From the NCBI GenBank assembly GCA_944391415.1, contig CALXTM010000001.1:64548-128547 (forward strand): a DNA stretch of 64,000 bases, read 5' to 3'. Both the position numbers and the translations under genes were made by a program. Of this stretch, positions 57,314 to 64,000 are shown one piece after another; within the stretch, counting starts at the first letter, position 1, and every line of letters starts with the position of its first letter. The notes under the pieces are model-generated. The model made no database searches. It was not told the origin of the DNA and saw only the letters and a list, made by a program, of their open reading frames with translations. This DNA comes from an uncultured Alphaproteobacteria bacterium (lineage in GTDB: Bacteria; Pseudomonadota; Alphaproteobacteria; RF32; CAG-239).

Positions 57314-58257
57314 TTGGGCGTTATAATTGAACGCGCCGCCAAAGATTTTGATTTTAGCTTAATCTTGGGTAAGAGTTTATCTATACTGGAAGACAGTAAC
57401 TTCCGTGTAAGGTCAGAGGCAACTTTTTGCGCATCGTCATCGGAATTAAACAATATAAAGCGATTTTGATGATCGGTGATGGTCTCGGAAGATGCCGTAT
57501 CAGTAAGCTCAACCGCGACAACTATCTGTAACCTGCTGGTCGCAGAGTTAATATTGTCAACCCGCGCTTTTAGAACCTTGGGTCTGAGAATATAGTCTGG
57601 ATTATCTGGTTTGGCAATAACCTTAATGCCAGGTTTGACCGTGATGGCTCGCTCCAAATAGGAAAAAAATCCGCCGGTCGAAGTACCGTTATAAAATTCG
57701 GTTTTATCAACAAACACTTTTACATCATTTTGCGATGCACTATCGGACACCGTTGCTTGTGCCGCATCATCATAGGCAATCGCCTTGTTAATGACAATGT
57801 TTGGTTTGGGCGGAATGGTGATGCTTGAATTTTCATCAAAATTCTCTGGTTCGATTTGCAAACCAGACTCCTCATTCGGTAGGGCAAATACATCGGCAAC
57901 GGCAGATGTCGGGAGATATGCACTGATCTCAACACAAACATCATCTGCTGACCGATTGGACGAATTAATCTTCATATCTTCAAGATAATTATCAACCAGG
58001 CGATAAACTTTTAAGTTAAACTCGTGGGTGGTAAGCGTATCTTTGTAGGGGCTAAGTTCGGGAATATTTTCAACCGCCTTAAAAGAAGCTTTGTCAACGG
58101 CTCTTATCCTGGCAGAGGCCCTGCTCTCGCTGTTTATCATACGCTCGCAAGCGGTGGCAAAGACCGAAATCTCACCTGGATTGTCTTCAACCTGGGCCGC
58201 AGCCGAAAACGGCAACACCATCAAGCCCACACACAATATTTTGCCGAGACGAAACAT
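57310..58257 (-). CDS. hypothetical secreted protein
   Basis: Signal peptide MFRLGKILCVGLMVLPFSAAAQ. The ATG abuts the stop of the upstream lipoprotein gene (TAGATG). Confidence 0.6.
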   Translation of the reverse strand: MFRLGKILCVGLMVLPFSAAAQVEDNPGEISVFATACERMINSESRASARIRAVDKASFKAVENIPELSPYKDTLTTHEFNLKVYRLVDNYLEDMKINSSNRSADDVCVEISAYLPTSAVADVFALPNEESGLQIEPENFDENSSITIPPKPNIVINKAIAYDDAAQATVSDSASQNDVKVFVDKTEFYNGTSTGGFFSYLERAITVKPGIKVIAKPDNPDYILRPKVLKARVDNINSATSRLQIVVAVELTDTASSETITDHQNRFILFNSDDDAQKVASDLTRKLLSSSIDKLLPKIKLKSKSLAARSIITPN

Positions 58258-58821
58258 CTACCACCAACTCTTATCATCATTTTGTATTTGTCTTAGAGAA
58301 TCAGACCATGAGCCAAGTTTTTGGCCCTGATTGTCATATAGCTCCATACGATAAACAATGACCGGAAATTCCGGTGTATTGATATTGGTAATGGAGCTTT
58401 GCAAAATATATTTGGCTTGAGCTTGGTCGGTGACAAGATTAAACATTGCAGAACCGTGGATTATGTCTTTGGCAGCTTTTTCTGCGGCATAGCTGCCCTC
58501 CGGCAAATAGCGGTCAACCTGCACCATATCGGCAATATATAACGGAGCTGATTTATCGGTTGCAAATAAAGCCGGAGCATCCAAAAGCATTTTGTTGACT
58601 GCTCGTGTGGCAACTATACTATAGTCAGATGGCATGATATTGTATTGAGCCATAGCATATCTGTCGCCACGCTTGGCAAGATAATAGCCACCTGAATTGT
58701 CCGCAGTTGCCGCATCAGATGGAACACTTTCGTCAAACTCAAACCAATTCATTATCGTGCTGTCTGATGCCATGTTGCACCCGGACAATAAAAACAACAA
58801 AAATAACAGATGTTTTTTCAT
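58258..58821 (-). CDS. lipoprotein, LpoB/YcfM-like fold (tentative)
   Basis: Lipobox LLSGC. The C-terminal pattern A.NKML...LYIADMVQV...FNLVTDQ...YILQSS...ELYD..G...WS parallels E. coli LpoB by eye. Confidence 0.45.
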   Translation of the reverse strand: MKKHLLFLLFLLSGCNMASDSTIMNWFEFDESVPSDAATADNSGGYYLAKRGDRYAMAQYNIMPSDYSIVATRAVNKMLLDAPALFATDKSAPLYIADMVQVDRYLPEGSYAAEKAAKDIIHGSAMFNLVTDQAQAKYILQSSITNINTPEFPVIVYRMELYDNQGQKLGSWSDSLRQIQNDDKSWW

Positions 58822-58969
58822 AAAATTGTTCTCCAGCCTAAATATCTGTTTTTACTATACCGACATCGCCTAAAAATGAAAATTATATTTTGCACTTATT
58901 CACTATTTGCTTTTTTATTTGATTTGTTGTAGCCTCAAGGCATTAAAAATATCTTTTGAGGGCGTTTAT

Positions 58970-59407
58970 ATGACAATTGCTTTTACAGTTATTTTGCTTG
59001 GCTTGGCAGCATTAATATACCCGTTGCGCAAGAATCGTTTTTATCTGCTTAATTCTGCTCTGATTATTGGTGCCGCCTATTTTATCGAGACACATTATTT
59101 CAGAGTGCAAAATGTTTTGTCATATAAGACTCTGCTTTTGTTTGCCGTGTTCCAGATTGTAACCATCAACCTCACAACTTTTGTTGCCTATGGTGTGGAC
59201 AAACGAGCCGCCATAAAAAAACAATGGCGCGTAGCCGAGAATGACTTACATATGTTGGAGTTTTTGGGCGGATGGATCGGAGCTTGGTTGGCTCAAAAAA
59301 TATTTCATCATAAAACAGCTAAAAAAAGTTTTCAAAATATGTATCGGCTGATGATCGTACTGGAATTTGCCGCAATCTGGTTGATTATCAAGTTAATAAA
59401 ATCATGA
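58970..59407 (+). CDS. DUF1294 membrane protein
   Basis: VAYGVDKRAAIKKQWRVAENDLHMLEFLGGWIGAWLAQKIFHHKTAK is the hallmark DUF1294 segment. The start is the ATG at 58970. Confidence 0.7.
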   Translation: MTIAFTVILLGLAALIYPLRKNRFYLLNSALIIGAAYFIETHYFRVQNVLSYKTLLLFAVFQIVTINLTTFVAYGVDKRAAIKKQWRVAENDLHMLEFLGGWIGAWLAQKIFHHKTAKKSFQNMYRLMIVLEFAAIWLIIKLIKS

Positions 59408-59944
59408 CCTGTGCCGTTTGAGGAGAATATACATGGCACCTTGTCCGCCGTCGGCCGGAGCGGCGGGGGTCATACCTAAAATAAACGGCCTGACATCAAT
59501 ATGGTTAAGCCAACCAGGAAGCGCATCTTTAATAATTCCTTTGGGCTCATACCAGTTGTCATCTGCTTGTCTTTGCCCCTTGCCGGTAATAATCAGAACG
59601 CAACGCAAACCTTTGGCATAGCTGTTGATAATAAATTCTTGAACAGCAACAAATGCCGTCTTTTCGGTATAGCCATGCAAATCAAGTCGTGCTTCAATTT
59701 TGAAACTTCCTTTGGCAAACTTTTCGGCAGTGTTTCGATCAATGTTTGACAGGTCGCCAACAGCCAAATACTTAAATGAATTGGCATTATAGACACCCTC
59801 AAGGCTAACTGACGACGGAATATCTTCTATAATAAGCGGAGAAGACGGCCTTTCCTCTGGTTGAACAATGGCCGTAACGTCTTCTATCTCGTGGAGCCAT
59901 GTGTCAAGATCGGGCGGTGTTTTACCTTTAGGCAACTTTTTCAT
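59402..59944 (-). CDS. Smr domain protein
   Basis: RLDLHGYTEKTAFVAVQEFIINSYAKGLRCVLIITGKG Smr/MutS2-C motif. Confidence 0.8.
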   Translation of the reverse strand: MKKLPKGKTPPDLDTWLHEIEDVTAIVQPEERPSSPLIIEDIPSSVSLEGVYNANSFKYLAVGDLSNIDRNTAEKFAKGSFKIEARLDLHGYTEKTAFVAVQEFIINSYAKGLRCVLIITGKGQRQADDNWYEPKGIIKDALPGWLNHIDVRPFILGMTPAAPADGGQGAMYILLKRHRS

Positions 59945-60422
59945 GGCTTTTTTCCGATGTTGTTGCCGATTTATCCGTCATCAAATCGGCGAAATTTAGA
60001 ATAATAAATTCTTGCCAATTGCCATCCGGGGAAACACAGCTGCGCTTTTTGTCGTCGGCATTGAGCAAAACAACGCCGCCATGCGACCATAATTCTTCAC
60101 AATGCTCATAGCTTGAAACCAAAAACTCTTTGGTGCGGTCAAAGAGGCGTTGCTCCAACTTTTTTTTGACCAAATTGGATGAGAGCATAATGCCTGCTAT
60201 CATAAATGCCAAACCCCATAAAATGCCAATGGCCCAAATAAATATCAGCCCTAACAATACAGGGATCAATGCTGGTAACAAAACCTCCCACGGATTATAA
60301 ACCGGCGAACCTGGAACGTTTATTCTGGAATTTATCAAACACAAATGCAGCCTGTTATCCGCAACAGCCCGTTGCAAAGCCTTAAAAACCAGTTTGTCGG
60401 CTTTATTAATTTTTTTGACCAT
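59928..60422 (-). CDS. hypothetical membrane protein
   Basis: 164 aa with two adjacent TM helices (LLPALIPVLLGLIFIWAIGILWGLAFMIAGIML). Confidence 0.5.
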   Translation of the reverse strand: MVKKINKADKLVFKALQRAVADNRLHLCLINSRINVPGSPVYNPWEVLLPALIPVLLGLIFIWAIGILWGLAFMIAGIMLSSNLVKKKLEQRLFDRTKEFLVSSYEHCEELWSHGGVVLLNADDKKRSCVSPDGNWQEFIILNFADLMTDKSATTSEKSHEKVA

Positions 60423-60425
60423 TGT

Positions 60426-61568
60426 TTAATCTCCTATGTGTTTGGGCAACAAGACAAAATAGCTGCCTTGAGAGTTCATGCTGCCGGCAAGCGCCAGAAT
60501 ATCATCTCCGCCTGAGCCCCAAAAATAGTCTCCGCGAATTGCGCCTTTGATGGCGCTACCGATATCTTGAGCCACAACCAGACGATTTAGCGGTTGGCCG
60601 CCAGGCTGCGTTGTTTCGAGCCACAAAACAGCCCCCAACGGCACAAAAGAAGTATCCACCGCAAGCGATCGGCCGGCCGTCAGCGGAACACCCATGGCTC
60701 CAATCGGCCCCTCTGGAGAACCCAACTTATGAAATATATAACGATCGTTTTCGTTCATGTTGGCCAACGCCTCCTCAGGATTGGATTTGAGCCATTTTTT
60801 TATATTAATCATTGAGGCCTGGCCCGAAGATATCAGCCCTTTGGCCAGCAAAATAGAACCAATCCCCTTAAATTGACGCCCGTTGCTGCCGGCAAAAGCA
60901 ACCCGCAGCCTCGCCCCATCAGGCAGTTTGGCCACTGCAGAGCCTTGAATCTGCATAACAAATATATCAACCGCACTGTCTGACCATAAAATAACCGGGG
61001 CATTGATTCCTTGGCGGTGTATTTCTGAACGAGTATAATATGGCACCAGGCGATTGCCTTCCTTGCGGCCAATAATTTTTTTGGCCGGCAATGATACATC
61101 AAAATCTCGAAGATTTACCTCTATCAAATCATATGGAAGGCCATATATCGGATATTGGTAGACATTGTCTTTGACATGTGAGGCATTTATTTCGGCCTCA
61201 TAATAGGAGGTAAATTTGCCTTGGCTTGTTCCTTTGTAGACAACCTGATAAGGGATAAAATTAGCAACCAAAAATGATTTAAAATCTGCCGCAGCCAGTG
61301 TTTGCGCCTTGGCACAGGCAGCAAGATAATCCTGACGGTTGATTTTAATCTGTGAATTTCCCAAAAACTCACCATTTCCTTTGGATATAACATCGCAACT
61401 GCGCAAAAAAGCGCCCATTGCCTGAGCAAGATTGTCATCTTCAAAGCCTTTAAGCTCAGAAAATGAAACCTGGCGTAACTGTAAATCAGCAACCTGCTCT
61501 TTTGGTTTTTCCTCAGAACAACCAATCAGAACAAACAACAAGGTTATGGCAAAAAGTCTTTTGAGCAT
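60426..61568 (-). CDS. mltA: murein transglycosylase A
   Basis: 380 aa with lipoprotein signal LIGC, an MltA domain, and a C-terminal 3D domain (VAQDIGSAIKGAIRGDYFWGSG). Confidence 0.85.
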   Translation of the reverse strand: MLKRLFAITLLFVLIGCSEEKPKEQVADLQLRQVSFSELKGFEDDNLAQAMGAFLRSCDVISKGNGEFLGNSQIKINRQDYLAACAKAQTLAAADFKSFLVANFIPYQVVYKGTSQGKFTSYYEAEINASHVKDNVYQYPIYGLPYDLIEVNLRDFDVSLPAKKIIGRKEGNRLVPYYTRSEIHRQGINAPVILWSDSAVDIFVMQIQGSAVAKLPDGARLRVAFAGSNGRQFKGIGSILLAKGLISSGQASMINIKKWLKSNPEEALANMNENDRYIFHKLGSPEGPIGAMGVPLTAGRSLAVDTSFVPLGAVLWLETTQPGGQPLNRLVVAQDIGSAIKGAIRGDYFWGSGGDDILALAGSMNSQGSYFVLLPKHIGD

Positions 61569-62233
61569 TATTTTTTAGTCGATACCAATATCCAGTTTGG
61601 GGTTTTTGCCTCAAGTCCGCGTTCAAAAGTCCAAATATCGGTGATGGTTTGGATGTAATTTTCGTCACCTTGGACAACATTGCCTTCTTTATCGCGCAAA
61701 ACATTAACCTGCTCGGTTATAAATTCGACACTAATAACCGCATTTTGGTCGTTTTTGATCTCGGCTTTGATGATTTCGGCTTTGTCAAAACAGATAAAAT
61801 CCGTTTCAGCAGTTATGCCGTCAGTATTACGCTGTTTGATAATCTCTTGCAGTTTTTTATAAATCGGGGTGCTGACAAGCATTTTCAATGTCTCATCATC
61901 TGATTTGTTAAAAGCGTCGGTAATCACTCTAAAGGCTTTCTTGGCACCGTTGAGAAAAGAATCTTTGTCAAACCCTTGGATTTTGCCAAGTACAATATCG
62001 GTTTCCGACAAAGGCTTGTCATCAACAGGGGTTAATATTTCGGCAGTTTTGGCAGCCTCTTTAAGCCCTTTTTCGGTCTCGCTTTTAAGCAGTTTATAAA
62101 GCTTCTCCGCGCCCTCGCGACTAAGCTTGATTTTCTTGGGCTCTTCCTCGGGAGTGGTGCCCAAAACCTTCCACAAGCGCTGGAAAATAAGCGCAACAAT
62201 AATCAATAATACTATAATATCCAAGCTTATCAT
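61568..62233 (-). CDS. Tim44-like domain protein
   Basis: N-terminal TM and a C-terminal Tim44-like domain, in the conserved alphaproteobacterial secB / Tim44-like / mltA / smr neighbourhood. Confidence 0.8.
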   Translation of the reverse strand: MISLDIIVLLIIVALIFQRLWKVLGTTPEEEPKKIKLSREGAEKLYKLLKSETEKGLKEAAKTAEILTPVDDKPLSETDIVLGKIQGFDKDSFLNGAKKAFRVITDAFNKSDDETLKMLVSTPIYKKLQEIIKQRNTDGITAETDFICFDKAEIIKAEIKNDQNAVISVEFITEQVNVLRDKEGNVVQGDENYIQTITDIWTFERGLEAKTPNWILVSTKK

Positions 62234-62376
62234 GATAAATGCACCTCTTGTAATTGTCGTATATGAATATAACTTTATCGCAAACTTTTATCAACTGTTT
62301 ATTATCATTTGACCTATACAAATTTTAAATGTATGAATGTATATAATAAATATAATTGTTATTTAGGAGAAAAAAT

Positions 62377-62826
62377 ATGGATAATCAACATCAGCAGCCG
62401 GCAATTTTGATACAAAATCAATATATAAAAGATTTGTCTATGGAAATTCCTCATGCTCCGCTGATTTTAAAAAAAATGCAACACAACGGTCCAAAAGTTA
62501 ACGTTGAGGTCAATATTGAAGCCCAAAAGCTGGAGGAAGACAAGACTTTTAATGTCTTGCTCAATGTCAGGGTTAACGGTGATATCGAGGAAGAAAAAGC
62601 CTTTATCTTAGAGTTGTCGTACGGCGCGGTTGTGTCGTTGAATATTCCGGCGGAGCATGAAGAACCCGTCTTGATGATTGAAGTGCCTCATATGATGTTT
62701 CCGTTTGTCAGACAAATCGTGGCCTCGACCATGATCAATGCCGGAATACCGCCTTTGATGCTTAACCCAATTGACTTTGTTGCAATGTATAATGCCAAAA
62801 AAGCCAAAGAAAATCAAAAACAATAA
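62377..62826 (+). CDS. secB: protein-export chaperone SecB
   Basis: PAILIQNQYIKDLSMEIPHAP (E. coli: FQIQRIYTKDISFEAPNAP). The start is the ATG at 62377. Confidence 0.9.
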   Translation: MDNQHQQPAILIQNQYIKDLSMEIPHAPLILKKMQHNGPKVNVEVNIEAQKLEEDKTFNVLLNVRVNGDIEEEKAFILELSYGAVVSLNIPAEHEEPVLMIEVPHMMFPFVRQIVASTMINAGIPPLMLNPIDFVAMYNAKKAKENQKQ

Positions 62827-62830
62827 GATC

Positions 62831-62875
62831 AAAAAAATCCCCTTTCCGCTGAAGAAAGGGGACTTTTGTTTTATT
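62831..62875. terminator. bidirectional rho-independent terminator
   Basis: TCCCCTTTC-CGCTGAA-GAAAGGGGA hairpin flanked by A7 and a T-rich run, between convergent genes. Confidence 0.75.
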
Positions 62876-62877
62876 TA

Positions 62878-64000
62878 TTATCTTGATTTGTTGTTCATAA
62901 AAGCACGCATTTGAGCTGCTTGGTTTTGATTATATTGTTGTCTTAGCTGTTGCTCTGTATACAGCGGTTTTTGTAGATTTTCGCTTGTTGCATGGGTTAC
63001 CTCTTCGGCTTGGGGCTCGGCTGAAGGAGTTGCGGCATCTTCAACCGGAGCTTGTGGGTTATTATTCATATATTTGCTTATTTTATCTTCAACTTTATCT
63101 GAGAGCCTAGCGGCATCTTGTTCAAACTCTTCTCCGCCAACTTTTGTCAGGTGATCATTGCTATTTTCTGCCTCAGGCGTAGAGGTCAACTCGGTTCTTT
63201 GATCAACGCCGCTTTGTGACCAATCATTGCTCATTTTTTCTGCCAATCCTTGAGCAGATTCTTGATCCAAGATGTATTCGCGTTTGCCAACAAAGAAGCT
63301 GGCATCGCCGGTTGCTTGGTTAAGTTCGACCCTCGGGGCATTACGGCCTTCGCCATAGCTGAAAGAAACGGTGTCGCCGTCTTGGCTAATCTCAGGAGTG
63401 CCAAGCTTTTCAAATCCTTCAATATGCAAGGCAACCGGACGCAAGGTCTCAACTCCATCGGTTTGAGTGAATACATTGATATCGGCTAATTGTGTTCCGT
63501 CAGGCTCCCACAAATGTGCGTATCCTTTGTTGTCAACACGCAGGTATAGAGCATTGTCCGAAGTCTGGTTGGTGACGGCATAATCAGCATTGGCATAAGT
63601 AGCTGTGGCTTTTGCTCCTTCAAAAGGCGATTTGAAGTTGATGCCAACGGTTTCACGAGCCAAACCTGCACCTTCGGCCTCAAGCGTGATTGTCGGGGCT
63701 GCTTTGCCCTCGGGCAAAGGCTCGGCTCTGACAACCGGTTCTTCGATTATCGGCTCTGCTTCTTTGCGTACACAACCACAATCAGCCAGAGTATGCTTTT
63801 CGTAGGTAGAAATGATTGTTGCGCTACCTTCTTGGCAGTCAACCGTGGCACTAAGCCCAGTGGTAATATTGGCGTTGCGCAAAGGCAGTTCTTGCATGGT
63901 ACCGTCAGGCATTTGAACCTCTACGGTTTGTTGCGGGCCAACATATTGACCAAACATAGATACATTTTTTATACATAAATTGCCATTGACATCAGGGATG
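62878..64000 (-). CDS. hypothetical acidic protein, N-terminus possibly beyond the window
   Basis: The track ORF starts at 63957, but the frame stays open to position 64000 (...IPDVNGNLCIKNVS-MFGQY...). Low-complexity, E/A/Q-rich C-terminal half. Confidence 0.5.
   Translation of the reverse strand, partial: IPDVNGNLCIKNVSMFGQYVGPQQTVEVQMPDGTMQELPLRNANITTGLSATVDCQEGSATIISTYEKHTLADCGCVRKEAEPIIEEPVVRAEPLPEGKAAPTITLEAEGAGLARETVGINFKSPFEGAKATATYANADYAVTNQTSDNALYLRVDNKGYAHLWEPDGTQLADINVFTQTDGVETLRPVALHIEGFEKLGTPEISQDGDTVSFSYGEGRNAPRVELNQATGDASFFVGKREYILDQESAQGLAEKMSNDWSQSGVDQRTELTSTPEAENSNDHLTKVGGEEFEQDAARLSDKVEDKISKYMNNNPQAPVEDAATPSAEPQAEEVTHATSENLQKPLYTEQQLRQQYNQNQAAQMRAFMNNKSR

Overview
The window reads as a low-GC (about 40%) alphaproteobacterial chromosome segment. 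The lineage markers are a Tim44-like gene next to mltA/smr/secB, a DUF1013/TrcR-like gene, FlbD/FlbT-type flagellar regulators, and DUF4164-zapA followed by a 6S-like RNA. Three blocks are visible. (1) 1-17.9 kb is housekeeping: gltX (open at the window edge and absent from the ORF track), recN, bamD, lpxC, RNase P RNA, a truncated dcw cluster (mraZ-rsmH-ftsL-ftsI) with a periodic MraZ-box array, rpmE, suhB, efp and zapA. (2) 17.9-41.8 kb is a large minus-strand flagellar region: fliF-fliG-fliH-fliN-flbD-flhA-flhG plus two unassigned, translationally coupled genes; fliK-flgD-flgE behind a consensus sigma-54 promoter; and four tandem flagellins plus flbT. accBC and a Sel1-repeat gene interrupt this region. 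(3) 41.8-64 kb is mixed housekeeping: uup, tcdA, tatD, alr, rpe, phoB-like, tgt, dtd, mltA and secB. This third block also holds the most unusual items. One is an orphan PilT-like ATPase operon with a membrane protein and a HAD-like protein that lacks its nucleophile Asp. The other is a tandem pair of signal-peptide, cysteine-rich repeat proteins of a family I do not recognise, with duplicated promoter and leader, one copy broken by a frameshift and an in-frame stop. Further points of interest are a GC-rich mosaic core in flgE, cassette-like flagellin paralogs with near-identical ends, AGUA-capped leader hairpins, a histone-H1-like tail fused to DUF1013, and a structured leader RNA candidate. 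I saw no CRISPR array, tRNA, rRNA or obvious mobile element. All calls come from reading the sequence and translations by eye. No searches were run, and RNA ends and promoter calls are approximate.
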